Assembly (NCBI GenBank): GCA_038889075.1
Contig: JAWAHS010000001.1
Coordinates: 96,001 to 160,000 of the forward strand
DNA from: Ignisphaera sp.
Lineage (GTDB): Archaea > Thermoproteota > Thermoprotei_A > Sulfolobales > Ignisphaeraceae
Length of the DNA stretch: 64,000 bases
Direction of reading: 5' to 3'
Below, one piece after another: positions 51,473 to 62,484 of the stretch; positions within the stretch are counted from its first letter, which is position 1; each line of letters begins with the position of its first letter. A model generated the notes under the pieces. It saw nothing but the letters and a program-made list of their open reading frames with translations. It searched no databases and was not told the origin of the DNA. A program made the translations under genes and the position numbers.

Positions 51473-52663
51473 GTGGAGCTTGATATAATGGGAAATTTTT
51501 CGACGTACTATATTCGTGGATTTAAAAGCCCAGGTATGTATATTCAAGGTAGAGGTGTACTGGTCTATCTAGGTAAACTTGTTAAGAGATTTGGAAAACG
51601 GGCACTTGTTTTATCTGATAAGATCGTTTGGAACATTGTTGGCAGCATCATTGGATCTAGCTTAAAGAATTTTGATATCCATTTTATCTACAGTGTTTTT
51701 GGTGGAGAGTGTAGTTGGAATGAGATTAATAGGATCTCATCTATAGCTATTGAAAATGGTGTTGACATGGTTATCGGCATTGGTGGTGGTAAGGCTCTAG
51801 ATACAGCTAAGGCTGTAGCGATACCAAATGGTTTAGCCGCAGTAATGGTTCCAACAATAGCATCTACAGACGCACCAATAACAGCACACTCAGTAATATA
51901 TACAGAGCCGTATCCAGGCAAACTTTTAGAATTACTGTTCTTTCCCAGGAATCCGGATATTATTATAGTTGATACAGAGGTTATTGCAAAGGCACCGCCG
52001 AGATTTCTAGCAGCTGGTATGGGAGATGCAGCATCGCACTACTGGGAGGCAAGAGCAATCTTTGCAGGCAACAAATCCAATTTTGTATACATGGATTATA
52101 ATGGTAGAAAAGGTGTAGAACCGCTGAAACCCTTCGATGTAGGGTTCATATTTGCAAGTCATGCCTGGGAGATTCTCCGTAGACACGGAGTACTGGCTAT
52201 GGATTCAGCTAGGACCAGGGTTGTCACACCCAGTTTGGATATGGTTGTGTATGCAAATACACTCCTCAGCGGATTAGCAGTTGAAAACTGCGGTACTGCT
52301 CTGGCTCATGCTGTTGGCAATGGCTTAAGTGCCTTAGAGGAGAAAATGAAGCCCATGCAATATCATGGTGAAATGGTAGCTTTTGGAACACTTGTTGAAA
52401 TTGTAGCTGAGGATCCGCCAATGATACAGGAGTATATATGCTGGGCACATTCAATAGGTCTACCCATAACGTTACAAGAGCTTGGTTTGGAGAATGTTAC
52501 AGATGATGAGTTATATCAGATTGCTGAAAGAGCTAAAATGTCGTTAGGCTTCTCCAGAATACCATATGAAATAATGCCAGAGAAATTAGTTGAGTTAATA
52601 AAAATTGCAGACAAAATAGGTAGAAAACTAGGGGAGAGGTGTCCTAGACAACCATATAGTTAA
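51473..52663 (+). CDS. gldA: Glycerol dehydrogenase
   Basis: SPGMYIQGRG, FGGECS, GGGKALDTAK, PTIASTDAP, AGMGDA, AHAVGNG, HGEMVAFG. Confidence 0.88.
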   Translation: MELDIMGNFSTYYIRGFKSPGMYIQGRGVLVYLGKLVKRFGKRALVLSDKIVWNIVGSIIGSSLKNFDIHFIYSVFGGECSWNEINRISSIAIENGVDMVIGIGGGKALDTAKAVAIPNGLAAVMVPTIASTDAPITAHSVIYTEPYPGKLLELLFFPRNPDIIIVDTEVIAKAPPRFLAAGMGDAASHYWEARAIFAGNKSNFVYMDYNGRKGVEPLKPFDVGFIFASHAWEILRRHGVLAMDSARTRVVTPSLDMVVYANTLLSGLAVENCGTALAHAVGNGLSALEEKMKPMQYHGEMVAFGTLVEIVAEDPPMIQEYICWAHSIGLPITLQELGLENVTDDELYQIAERAKMSLGFSRIPYEIMPEKLVELIKIADKIGRKLGERCPRQPYS

Positions 52664-52856
52664 GATAGTATTCAAAATATCTTTGTTGTTTTCCTTATAG
52701 TTGCTGGAGCTACTTTGAGTAATAACTGGGGGCTACTGGTTGAAATTGTGCTACATGTTTTGTTTAGCCGATACCTCTCGTAACAGTACTGGTAGTATTG
52801 CCTACTACCCTCTTCTTTTAAATATTTAGACGATAAAGATATATAAACTTCTTATT

Positions 52857-52883
52857 GTACACCTGGCTAGTAGCCAGGTGTAC
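52857..52883. promoter_or_regulatory. Perfect 13-bp inverted repeat over the predicted TSS/SD of the cbiM/nikM operon (candidate operator or mRNA hairpin)
   Basis: GTACACCTGGCTA-G-TAGCCAGGTGTAC, 10 nt after TATA-like ATATAAA (52841-47) and 4 nt before ATG 52888. Confidence 0.65.
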
Positions 52884-52887
52884 TTTG

Positions 52888-53541
52888 ATGCACATTCCTG
52901 ACGGCTTTTTAGATCCATATACAGCCATAGCCACGTATATAGTCTCTCTAGCTATAGTTGGATACGCTATTAAAAAAAGTAGTTTGTTAGATGAAATCGT
53001 ACTCGCTAGAGTTATTACATTATCAGCTTTCATCTTTGTTGCACAAATGATTGCATGGCCTGTACCTGGGGGGACCAGTCTGCATCTTGTTGGCGGTGCC
53101 TTGGCCGGCATCCTACTAGGTCCTTGGTTAGGGGCATTAGCTATGGCTATAGTATTGATCATTCAGTGTCTAGTTTTCCACGATGGTGGTATAACAGCTC
53201 TTGGAGCAAATATGCTAAACATGGCTATAGTATCTGTTTTTATGGGCTACGTATTGTATAGAACTGTAGTGAAGTTAATCCATAGTAATGTGAAATTTGT
53301 TCGATTTATAGCTGGATTAATAGCAGGCTGGATCAGTCTTGCCTTAGCAGGCACACTGGCAGGTCTAGAAATAGGTATCGCAGGCTACATCCTTAATAGA
53401 ATTAGCTATAGCTTAATGATAAGCTTACCCTCCATGGCTATGTGGCACACCATTCTAGGAGTTATCGAGGGCAGTATAACAGGATCAATTCTAAGTTATA
53501 TAGGATCCAAGTACCCTAAGGTGATAGAGGGAGAGAGGTAG
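52888..53541 (+). CDS. cbiM: Co/Ni ECF transporter S component CbiM/NikM
   Basis: N-terminal MHIPDGFL metal-binding motif fixes the start at ATG 52888; GTSLHLVGG, HDGGITALGAN. Confidence 0.9.
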   Translation: MHIPDGFLDPYTAIATYIVSLAIVGYAIKKSSLLDEIVLARVITLSAFIFVAQMIAWPVPGGTSLHLVGGALAGILLGPWLGALAMAIVLIIQCLVFHDGGITALGANMLNMAIVSVFMGYVLYRTVVKLIHSNVKFVRFIAGLIAGWISLALAGTLAGLEIGIAGYILNRISYSLMISLPSMAMWHTILGVIEGSITGSILSYIGSKYPKVIEGER

Positions 53542-53548
53542 AGAGATT

Positions 53549-53830
53549 ATGAGTAGGAGGCATATATATCTTTTAATAGCATTAATTGTTATAAGTCCTG
53601 TATTTGGTGTATATCTAGCTAATTTAGTTGGATACCACGAACCTCTAGATATTATTGCAGAAGAACTTGGATTAAGTGAAGCAGAATTTAACTGGACTCC
53701 ACTGAAAGACTACATGGTGCCAGGTCTACCAGAATGGCTAGGCTATATTTTAACTGGAATTATCGGAGTGAGTATAATGCTTCTACTTGAAGCTATAGTA
53801 AGACATTTCATCTTGAGGAAAAACAAATGA
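53549..53830 (+). CDS. NikN/PDGLE-like ECF accessory subunit
   Basis: Two TMs; EPLD...PLKDYMVPG; between cbiM and cbiQ. Confidence 0.78.
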   Translation: MSRRHIYLLIALIVISPVFGVYLANLVGYHEPLDIIAEELGLSEAEFNWTPLKDYMVPGLPEWLGYILTGIIGVSIMLLLEAIVRHFILRKNK

Positions 53831-54591
53831 ACAACGATACGCTATTTAAAGTACTACATGAACTAGCAGATATGATTGAAGTTTTTTCGCATGGAATATG
53901 TAGATACAATTATGGACTAACAAGATATTTGAGTCCACTAACGGTATTCATAATATTTATTTCACTAACCATTATAGCTGCATACAGCTCTAATGATACG
54001 GCTAGAATCATCGTAATAGGAATATGCGCAGTTCAATTATTATTAATAGGTTCGCGAAGAATATTAACTAATATACTCAAGACATACATGTTCATAATAT
54101 TTTTGGCGGCATTTCTAGGACTTCCATCAATTTATCTATATACAGATAAGTATAGCGTAGTAGCATCTATGACTAGAACTATCTTTGTATCCCTTTCATC
54201 GTCTACACCTATGATAGTATTCTCTATTCTTGTTGGTTTAAGAGAAATAGGAGAAATTATATCAATTTTTTCAAGAGCATTAGGTAGAGCCATATACGCA
54301 TTCTCCACAATATTTCTAAAGATATCAAGACTGCAAATAGATATTCTATTAATGAGATTCTCTAGGAATATTATAAATAAAAGGGGATATATCTGGATAA
54401 TACTGACGTCTAGTATAGGCGATACACTGCTCCACTCGGAATACATTTCACAGAATATAGCCCTAGCTATGAAATCTAGAACCTTAGCATCAAAAAGCTT
54501 AAGAAATGAGTATACACTAAAGCTGCTAGACTACATTGTAATTATCGCGATACTGTCTATGGTGTTTATAGCTATCTTGGTGTTGAAATGA
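53827..54591 (+). CDS. cbiQ: ECF transporter T component CbiQ/NikQ
   Basis: Multi-TM; LMRFSR and LAMKSR Arg motifs; operon position. Confidence 0.72.
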   Translation: MNNDTLFKVLHELADMIEVFSHGICRYNYGLTRYLSPLTVFIIFISLTIIAAYSSNDTARIIVIGICAVQLLLIGSRRILTNILKTYMFIIFLAAFLGLPSIYLYTDKYSVVASMTRTIFVSLSSSTPMIVFSILVGLREIGEIISIFSRALGRAIYAFSTIFLKISRLQIDILLMRFSRNIINKRGYIWIILTSSIGDTLLHSEYISQNIALAMKSRTLASKSLRNEYTLKLLDYIVIIAILSMVFIAILVLK

Positions 54592-55256
54592 TGGAGCTAC
54601 ATCTAAATAATGTATACTATAGATATCCCGGTGCTGACTACTACACACTAAAGGGTATAACTTATACATTTGTAAAAGGTAGGACCTATCTTATTACAGG
54701 ACCTAATGGAGCTGGCAAAACGACTCTTCTACTGGTACTATCAGGGCTTTTAAAGCCTGCTCAAGGCGATGTTCTTCTAGATGGGGAATCCATCTATGGG
54801 AAGGAACGGTATAGAAGGTTTTTTGGAGTTCTATTCCAGAATCCAGATCTCATGCTATTCAATCCTACAGTATACGATGAAGTAACATATTCAATTAAAC
54901 AAATATGCAAAGATTTTGAGAAAATAGATAAGGAGGTTAGTAAATGGCTGGAATTCTTTGAATTGGATAGAGATATATTAAATAGGCCAACCCATACCCT
55001 CAGCTATGGTTATAAAAAGGTGGTTGCATTAATATCCATACTAATCTATAGACCGAGGATATTAGTATTGGATGAGCCACATACAAATCTATCTAAGGAG
55101 TATTTTAGAAAGATTAAGAAGGTTGTTAAAATGAACGCTATAGACGGTGGTATAAATATTATAGCGAGTCACTCAATATCGGCATATAGAGATGTAGCTG
55201 ATTATCTAATTGTATTAAATAATGGTATGGTTAAAAAGATTACCAGTGCAAGATAA
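54588..55256 (+). CDS. cbiO: ECF transporter ATPase CbiO/NikO
   Basis: GPNGAGKTT, LFQNPD, PTVYDEV, LSYGYKK, VLDEP, ASH. Confidence 0.88.
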   Translation: MMELHLNNVYYRYPGADYYTLKGITYTFVKGRTYLITGPNGAGKTTLLLVLSGLLKPAQGDVLLDGESIYGKERYRRFFGVLFQNPDLMLFNPTVYDEVTYSIKQICKDFEKIDKEVSKWLEFFELDRDILNRPTHTLSYGYKKVVALISILIYRPRILVLDEPHTNLSKEYFRKIKKVVKMNAIDGGINIIASHSISAYRDVADYLIVLNNGMVKKITSAR

Positions 55257-55473
55257 ATAACCAGTGTTATACAAATCTTTCCATAAAAATAAAAATAGAG
55301 TATATCAGTATACCTGATAAGGAGTCCATAGGATAGTACATTTTATTCTAAAATTGTCTATAAAGATGTCATAGAACATCTATCACCTATACCTACTTCA
55401 TTACAATGTTCCTACGCGTTTTATTAGAATAACGTAGATGTTAGATGTGGTGAGGTTGATGAGGATAAATTTA

Positions 55474-56211
55474 TTATTGACATAGGAATCCTTTTACGGC
55501 CTCCGGATCCATTTTTCTATATCTTTCAAGACTTCCAATATCATACCAAGTACCTCTATATAGATAAGCTCTAACATTGAATCCCTTCGATATCATCCAC
55601 GGAATTAGATCGCTCATTATATCAAATGATGTTCCCATTGTTTTCTCAACTTCTTTAAGGATAGATAGATTTAGTGTTAGGACACCTATTGTAACATACA
55701 AATCTAGCCATGGTTTCTCCTCCAGCTTAACAATTCTATTGCCATCTATAGAGGCAACACCAACCGGTACTTGGTATCTATCTGCAAGAACTACGACAGC
55801 ATCGGAATTCCATGCAAAATGCTTATTTAAGAGATCGTGAATGTCTACAAGTGCTAGTATATCACCGTACCAAATCAGTACAATGTTATCAATTAGACCG
55901 CATTTGAACGCTTTTAAAAGGGCTCCTCCCGTTCCCTTGTGGATTTCATCGTCAATACTGTACCTAATTTCTACACCGTGCCTAGAACCATTGTTAAAAT
56001 AATTTCTTATTTGTTTCCATTTATATCCAACTAAGAACACATATTTAGATATTCCAAACCTCTTTAACCAGCAAACTATGTGTTCTAAAATAGGTCTTTC
56101 ATCATATCCTATGGGAATCATTGGTTTTGGGATGATGTCTGTATATGGTTTAAATCTAGAACCTTCACCACCAGCAAGAATGACGCCGACCACGTCGCGT
56201 GTCGAAAGCAT
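55474..56211 (-). CDS. Sugar-phosphate nucleotidyltransferase
   Basis: ILAGGEGSRFKPYT..IPKPM, GTGGAL, YGD, EEKP, WYDIGS. Confidence 0.9.
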   Translation of the reverse strand: MLSTRDVVGVILAGGEGSRFKPYTDIIPKPMIPIGYDERPILEHIVCWLKRFGISKYVFLVGYKWKQIRNYFNNGSRHGVEIRYSIDDEIHKGTGGALLKAFKCGLIDNIVLIWYGDILALVDIHDLLNKHFAWNSDAVVVLADRYQVPVGVASIDGNRIVKLEEKPWLDLYVTIGVLTLNLSILKEVEKTMGTSFDIMSDLIPWMISKGFNVRAYLYRGTWYDIGSLERYRKMDPEAVKGFLCQ

Positions 56212-56739
56212 TAAGGGACACCTTTAAAGAGGCTTATAAATGGTAATGGCAACTCTCTTTTTATATTTTTTTATTATCATACTTTAAATAAAGAGCAGGC
56301 GATACAAATACCATCTGCATTCTGATTTGTATTTTAGCAATATTATGTAGATACTAGGAAGCTTAAGCTTAATGTAGAGATTTAAGTATGTAAAAGCTGT
56401 GCTAGATTTGTATTGGTTAGCAATAAGTCATCTGGAGAACGACTTGTTTTTATAACAATAAATCTTAAGGACGATTTTTGGTACGGATTTTATACAAAGG
56501 TATTATCAAGCCATAGAATCAATACAAGTTATGGGAGACAATGGAGATTTGGATCCAGCTAAAAGATGCTAGCAAGTATGATGCTCCTAAATCACTATTA
56601 TTGAAGCTAGATAGATTTAGTTTAGGAACAACATTCCTAGAAGGAGCTCTATACGCGTCTTGTACAGCATCGTTGGCTTCTAAATCTTATAGAATAAAAA
56701 TGATTTGAACTCTTATGAAACGCGGTAAGAAGTATTTTG

Positions 56740-57363
56740 CTAGCTTTTTTGCAATAGAAGGGTCTTTATTTTTAGTGATCTTACCTTCTCCTCCCGTTCC
56801 ATTTCGTCAAATTTCATTGTTAGATACATTATAGTTTTTAGTATCCTTGGTATTAGAACTTTTTCAAGCATTGTAACAATTCTCCTTACTCTCGCTATTT
56901 CTTTTCCTAAATTCAGCAACTCCTTCTCATATTCTGCTAATCTCGTAATAGTCTCTAAAACTTCTCTTCTTTTATTTTGAATAGTACTGACCTCTATTGG
57001 TAAAATGCTAGAACTTTCTGGAACCATAGCTAATTCTATCATTGGTGCAGGAACTCCCATAACATTTCTAACCCCAGCTATAATACTAATACCTTTAGCT
57101 GTTGCTAGTGAGGTTACATCCAGATACTCCAAGCCGTGGAGTGAAAGAGCTATATAATAGTAATAGTATATTTCATTCAATAGCTTGTTGAGTTTAGATC
57201 TCGTATCATAAGCCTTTTTAAGCACAACGTAAAACTCCTGTAAAAGGAATGTTAGTCTATCTCGTAGAATTCTATGAAGTCTTCTGGCTATTGTCAATCT
57301 TCTTCTAAGTCTGATTAACTCTATTTTTGTTGGTCTTGGTAATCTTAGGATTTCGCTACTCAT
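56740..57363 (-). CDS. atpD: A/V-type ATP synthase subunit D
   Basis: [45 protein letters not shown]. Confidence 0.92.
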   Translation of the reverse strand: MSSEILRLPRPTKIELIRLRRRLTIARRLHRILRDRLTFLLQEFYVVLKKAYDTRSKLNKLLNEIYYYYYIALSLHGLEYLDVTSLATAKGISIIAGVRNVMGVPAPMIELAMVPESSSILPIEVSTIQNKRREVLETITRLAEYEKELLNLGKEIARVRRIVTMLEKVLIPRILKTIMYLTMKFDEMEREEKVRSLKIKTLLLQKS

Positions 57364-58781
57364 TGGCTTGATACCTGTTTTCTGTATGCTGGGTGGTATT
57401 TTTTCATGGTCTCTGAACTTATCTGCCGCAACTCTTCTTCAGGTAGAATGGATAGGAGACTCCATGCTATATCTAGTGTTTCTTCAAAGGCTCTTCTTTC
57501 ATGTTCACCTTGGCTAATAAATTTGGCTTCAAAATTATCAGCAAATTCTAGATACCTCCTATCCCTTGCAGTAAGGGATTCTGTACCTACTATTGTTATT
57601 AATTCTCTTAAATACTGTCCCTCTGCATATGCAGATATTAATTGTGCAAATACCTCTCTATGATCCTCTCTAGTTTTACCCGGTCCTATTCCCTCCTTCA
57701 TGAGTCTTGACAGTGATAGGAATACATCTACAGGGGGATACACACCCTTACGCCACATATCTCTTGACAGAACTATCTGCCCCTCTGTTATATAGCCAGT
57801 TAAATCTGGTATTGGATGAGTTATATCATCATCAGGCATAGTGAGTATAGGCATTATGGTCATACTACCTTTCTGATCGATAACCCTACCAGCCCTTTCA
57901 TACATTGTTGCTAAATCCGTATACATGTATCCAGGGTATCCTCTTCTGCCAGGTACCTCTTCTCTAGCAGCTGAGATCTCCTTTAATGCTTCACAGTAGT
58001 TGGTCATATCTGTTAATATTGTCAGCATATGCATACCATACCTCCATGCAAGGAATTCAGCCGCTGTTAGTGCAACTCTCGGGAGTGCAAGCTTTTCAAC
58101 TGTTGACGCTGATGCAGGTGCTAGAAATGCTATGGTTCTATCCAGTGCACCCATAGACTTTAATTCATTCAGGAAATACATGGCCTCTTCATGTGTAACC
58201 CCAATAGCGCCAAATACGACAGCAAATCTCTCACCAGAACCCCTAACAGCTGCCTGTCTCACTATTTGCATGGCAATTCTATTATGAGGTAGCCCAGAAC
58301 CACTGAAGATTGGTAGTTTCTGGCCTCTGACTAATGTCAGGAGGCCATCAATAACAGAAATTCCGGTCTCTATAGGTTCAGACGGCGGAATTCTTAGGGC
58401 TGGATTTAGCGGTTCTCCATGTATATCTAGGTAATCCTCCGGTACTATTGGAGGTCCGCCATCTATTGGCCTTGCTAATCCATCAAATATTCTTCCAAGC
58501 ATATCTGATGAAACTGGTATAGCTAGAGTCTCACCACGGAATTTAACAATAGTTTTACCTGGTGTAACACCTAGGGAAGATCCGAATATCTGTATTAATG
58601 CTATATCTCTACTTACATCAACTACCTGGCCGAGCCTAGAATCGCCATCAACATCTATCTCTACAAGCTCACCATATCTGATACCACCCAAGGCTTTAAC
58701 AAATATGAGAGAGCCTCTAACACCGGTAATTTGTCTACTCGACTTTGTGACAGCTAGTGTAGAGCTAGACATTTCAGCCAC
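57360..58781 (-). CDS. atpB: A/V-type ATP synthase subunit B
   Basis: [58 protein letters not shown]. Confidence 0.96.
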   Translation of the reverse strand: MAEMSSSTLAVTKSSRQITGVRGSLIFVKALGGIRYGELVEIDVDGDSRLGQVVDVSRDIALIQIFGSSLGVTPGKTIVKFRGETLAIPVSSDMLGRIFDGLARPIDGGPPIVPEDYLDIHGEPLNPALRIPPSEPIETGISVIDGLLTLVRGQKLPIFSGSGLPHNRIAMQIVRQAAVRGSGERFAVVFGAIGVTHEEAMYFLNELKSMGALDRTIAFLAPASASTVEKLALPRVALTAAEFLAWRYGMHMLTILTDMTNYCEALKEISAAREEVPGRRGYPGYMYTDLATMYERAGRVIDQKGSMTIMPILTMPDDDITHPIPDLTGYITEGQIVLSRDMWRKGVYPPVDVFLSLSRLMKEGIGPGKTREDHREVFAQLISAYAEGQYLRELITIVGTESLTARDRRYLEFADNFEAKFISQGEHERRAFEETLDIAWSLLSILPEEELRQISSETMKKYHPAYRKQVSSQ

Positions 58782-60561
58782 CCAATAGATCTAGGAATTC
58801 CCTCTTCATGGTTTCTAAAAGCTCAGGAATAAATTTACTCTTTAGTTCACCAATAGCATAGAACTTCATTCTGGACAGCATATACCTGCTCTTCAATTCC
58901 CTTATTCTGGCTACAGGAACACCCTTAGACAATGCTTCTTGAGCCAATCTGTAAAACTCCATTATAGCTTCCATCATTACAATACCCTTCTCAGGAGGTG
59001 AATATGCATCAACGGGATTGAGGGCACTTTGTTGCAGAAAGTCCTCCCTTATAATCCTAGCCATTTCGAGCAAAAGCTTATCCTCCTCGGGTAGTGCCTC
59101 AGGACCTACTAATCTAACTATATCACTTAGCTCGGCTTCCCTCTGCAAAATCTTGAGCATGGTTTCTCTATTTCTACTCCAGCTTCCCTCAGAAATTTTA
59201 TCCCAATACAGCTTAACGAAATCTATGTATAGGCTGTAGCTTTGAAGCCAGTTGATGGCAGGAAAATGCCTCCTTGTAGCTAATCCATAGTCCAATGCAT
59301 AAAAGCTCTGAATATATCTAACGGTACCTCTAACCACAGGTTCGCTAAAATCTCCACCTGGTGGTGAAACTGCGCCAAATATAGTTAGGCTTCCAAAGCG
59401 CTCTGGATTTCCAAGCGCTACAATTCTACCTGCTCTCTCATAGAATTCGGCCAGTCTACTAGATAGGTAGGCTGGAAATCCCTCCTCACCAGGCATCTCC
59501 TCCATCCTACCACTTATCTCCCTCATAGCCTCAGCCCATCTACTTGTTGAATCGGCGACCATTATTACATCATAGCCCATATCCCTAAAATACTCGCCTA
59601 TAGTAACACCAAGAAATACGCTAGTTTCTCTAGCAGCAACAGGCATATTACTTGTATTAGCAATGAATACAGATCTCTCCATCATTGGTCTACCCCTTCT
59701 AGTATCCATAAGCTTGAGGAAACTTGTTAGAGCATCCGACATTTCATTTCCCCGCTCGCCACATCCAACAAATATAGCTATATCAGCATGGCTCCACTTA
59801 GTCAATTCCTGTAGCAATACTGTTTTACCTGTGCCAAAGCCACCGGGAACAGCAGCTTTACCACCCTTAGCAATAGGGAATACATGGTCTATAACTCTTA
59901 TACCTGTGATCAAAGGCTCGATGGGGTTTAGCTTCTCTCTGTATGGTCTAGGTCTTCTAATAGGCCAAATCTGATACAGCTTAACATCATAGCTATTGCC
60001 ATCAGATTCAATAATGGCAATGGTATCTTCAATTCCGTAGTCACCATCGTCTGCCACCCACTTTAACTTACCATGAATATTGGGGGGAATCATAATCTTA
60101 TGGAGAACCAGCGGGGTTTCCTGTACATATCCTATTACATCGCCAGAGCTGATCTTATCCCCTAGATTCAACTTTTTCTCTCTCCTAAAATTCCACTTGG
60201 CATTTCTACTTAGAGCATTCAGCTTAACCCCCCTCCTGATAAATATACTCCTAGTCAGTATACCAATCTCCTTCTCAGGGCGTTGAAGACCGTCGTATAT
60301 GGAACCTATAAGTCCTGGGCCAAGCTCAGCTGATAAGGGTCTTCCTGAAGCAACAACTTTTTCACCTACAGTAAGCCCTGTTGTCTCCTCATAAACTTGT
60401 ATATAGATCTTATCACCACGGATAGCAATAACCTCACCTATAAGCCCCTCTTCACCAACATATACAACTTCGTACATCATAATTCTGCCGAGACCTTCAG
60501 CCACTATTAATGGACCTGCAATCCTATATATGCGACCAGTAGTGGTAGACATTAACCGCAC
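58774..60561 (-). CDS. atpA: A/V-type ATP synthase subunit A
   Basis: [47 protein letters not shown]; no intein. Confidence 0.96.
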   Translation of the reverse strand: MRLMSTTTGRIYRIAGPLIVAEGLGRIMMYEVVYVGEEGLIGEVIAIRGDKIYIQVYEETTGLTVGEKVVASGRPLSAELGPGLIGSIYDGLQRPEKEIGILTRSIFIRRGVKLNALSRNAKWNFRREKKLNLGDKISSGDVIGYVQETPLVLHKIMIPPNIHGKLKWVADDGDYGIEDTIAIIESDGNSYDVKLYQIWPIRRPRPYREKLNPIEPLITGIRVIDHVFPIAKGGKAAVPGGFGTGKTVLLQELTKWSHADIAIFVGCGERGNEMSDALTSFLKLMDTRRGRPMMERSVFIANTSNMPVAARETSVFLGVTIGEYFRDMGYDVIMVADSTSRWAEAMREISGRMEEMPGEEGFPAYLSSRLAEFYERAGRIVALGNPERFGSLTIFGAVSPPGGDFSEPVVRGTVRYIQSFYALDYGLATRRHFPAINWLQSYSLYIDFVKLYWDKISEGSWSRNRETMLKILQREAELSDIVRLVGPEALPEEDKLLLEMARIIREDFLQQSALNPVDAYSPPEKGIVMMEAIMEFYRLAQEALSKGVPVARIRELKSRYMLSRMKFYAIGELKSKFIPELLETMKREFLDLLGG

Positions 60562-60661
60562 CTCTATATCTGAGATGCCAGATGCATTATTATATGTTTT
60601 TGAAACGTGGGAGGCCTATTATAGAACATGGATATCATTTCCAGACGACACCCCATTTATA

Positions 60662-61009
60662 CTATTCTAGGTAAACTTCATATCCAATAAATCTGCGAAT
60701 TATATCCCTATAGAAAGCTTTTGGAGACTCGAGAATATCGTCAAGAGTATCAGGAATGGCGATGATTGATGGGTAGATGTGAATGTTTTGGAGGTATGTA
60801 GTTAAATCGATACCTTTAACGAGACTCCTCTGTACAATGATAACTCCTAGATCTCTATCTTCAATAAGCTTTGTCAGGGCATTTAAAATCTCGCTCTGAT
60901 TCTCAATAATGAATATAGCATCGATACCTAAAATTTTCATAAGGGGGGCGAGTTCCCTTCTTACAATGGCTGCTATTTTAGATTTAGATTGTGAATGCAA
61001 GGGTATCAC
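60662..61009 (-). CDS. atpF: A/V-type ATP synthase subunit F
   Basis: KIAAI...ILGI...DLGVIIV...IIAIP...IRRFIG; operon position. Confidence 0.8.
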   Translation of the reverse strand: MIPLHSQSKSKIAAIVRRELAPLMKILGIDAIFIIENQSEILNALTKLIEDRDLGVIIVQRSLVKGIDLTTYLQNIHIYPSIIAIPDTLDDILESPKAFYRDIIRRFIGYEVYLE

Positions 61010-61881
61010 CTAATCCTATATCTACCTCTTATCGAACTCACTAGTGGATGTACATATCTAATCATCTTCTGCTCATAGTATCTGTTTATTAGATATAGTG
61101 TGAGTTGATCAATTAATTGATAGGAGGGGTAGAGAAGGTTCTTAATAGCATCATATACATACGCTGCTTCGTATATTTCTAAAGTATCTAGGGATTCTCT
61201 AATAAATTTTTCAATATTTTCTAAAATTGTATGGAGTTTATATACAATTAATTGATTAGAAAGATTTAGTTTCTGATTGATAAATTTAACAAACTCATTA
61301 TAACTATATTCTGCTAATGCTAAGATGTGAGAATTTTTTAAATAAATAAAGTATCTTATTGATGTGAAAATTGCTATAGCATTCAAAGCATTTATATAGG
61401 ATTCTAGATATGCCCTATAAATCTTTTTAAGTATAGAGGCAGTTTTATCTATGTAGATCTCTAGAAGACATCTATAGGAGTAGTCTCTGCAGCACTGCTT
61501 ATATTGAGGATCGTTTAATACATTGGTATACATGTATGTAGGTTGGGTAGTCTTCTTCGGGGTAGAAGATATCGCTAGGAGTTTTTCAAAATCATAAATC
61601 TCAAGAAATGTATAGAGATAGTACGAATATTCTTCAGGTAGAATGTTTCCTATATATTCAAATTCACTTCTATATATATCAAAGATATATCTATCCAACT
61701 CATCGATACTACTAGCGGATAGAAGTTTTACAAAACTATTTCGAGCATCTTTTTCCAATAAAAGGCGACTATATTCTATGGCGGCATTTTTCGTTAAACC
61801 ATCTATCAACTCTTCTAGCCTTGGCGGTTTAGCTAAATAGATGATTACCGTAGCCAGTGAAGCTTCGCGCGATAATTTCAT
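61006..61881 (-). CDS. atpC: A/V-type ATP synthase subunit C (divergent)
   Basis: Helical 291-aa ORF between E and F; assigned mainly by synteny. Confidence 0.55.
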   Translation of the reverse strand: MKLSREASLATVIIYLAKPPRLEELIDGLTKNAAIEYSRLLLEKDARNSFVKLLSASSIDELDRYIFDIYRSEFEYIGNILPEEYSYYLYTFLEIYDFEKLLAISSTPKKTTQPTYMYTNVLNDPQYKQCCRDYSYRCLLEIYIDKTASILKKIYRAYLESYINALNAIAIFTSIRYFIYLKNSHILALAEYSYNEFVKFINQKLNLSNQLIVYKLHTILENIEKFIRESLDTLEIYEAAYVYDAIKNLLYPSYQLIDQLTLYLINRYYEQKMIRYVHPLVSSIRGRYRIR

Positions 61882-62480
61882 TGATAGATCTCCTTAACGA
61901 GATTTGGCAGCATTTTCTTTAAGATAATTGAAATTCTAGAGTCGTAACTATTATCTATAGATATAGTACCATCGGCCAATTCAAGAATTAAACCGCCGAG
62001 GATTCCCGTGGATTCCACGTTAATTACCTCAATGCCATATTTATTCCTAATATACTCCCTTAATTGATTACTTAAATGAATGTCACGTTCAGAAATCTTA
62101 ATTGCTACTTGGTTTACGATACCATAACTATGAAAGATATGTTGTAGAGCTTCATCGAGGAGTCTGAACAGTGATTGAAGCCTTGTTTCCATATCTAAGT
62201 TAATCAAGAAATTGATAATATTCTTCTCCATCTCCTTAATAATTCGATGTTTTACATCGTGTATTATGAGTCTTGCATTCAGTTTTGCTTCAGCGATCTT
62301 GGCATCGTAATTCAATTCCTCTAATATTTTTCTTTTTTCATCCTCTATCCTATTTCTTTTTATCTTTTCAGCTTCCTCAATAATCCTTCTTGCCTCCTCC
62401 TCAGCCCTACTTACCCTACTTTCAGCCTCTTTAAGAGCTTTCTCCAATACAGCTTTTCTTAGCAGCTCTATAGATTCCAT
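61878..62480 (-). CDS. atpE: A/V-type ATP synthase subunit E
   Basis: Charged N-terminal coiled coil; ILGGLIL...DG.ISIDNSYDSR. Confidence 0.88.
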   Translation of the reverse strand: MESIELLRKAVLEKALKEAESRVSRAEEEARRIIEEAEKIKRNRIEDEKRKILEELNYDAKIAEAKLNARLIIHDVKHRIIKEMEKNIINFLINLDMETRLQSLFRLLDEALQHIFHSYGIVNQVAIKISERDIHLSNQLREYIRNKYGIEVINVESTGILGGLILELADGTISIDNSYDSRISIILKKMLPNLVKEIYQ

Positions 62481-62484
62481 GGAT

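Noticed and set aside
52855-52887. ORF-track N-terminal extension of CbiM
   Set aside because: CbiM/NikM need the free N-terminal MH motif; the extension is the palindromic regulatory region.
55257-55473. 24-codon minus-strand ORF behind a GGTGA SD
   Set aside because: Too short and without motif; insufficient evidence.
58774-60561. Intein in AtpA
   Set aside because: 595-aa length is normal and GKT-V is contiguous at the usual insertion site.
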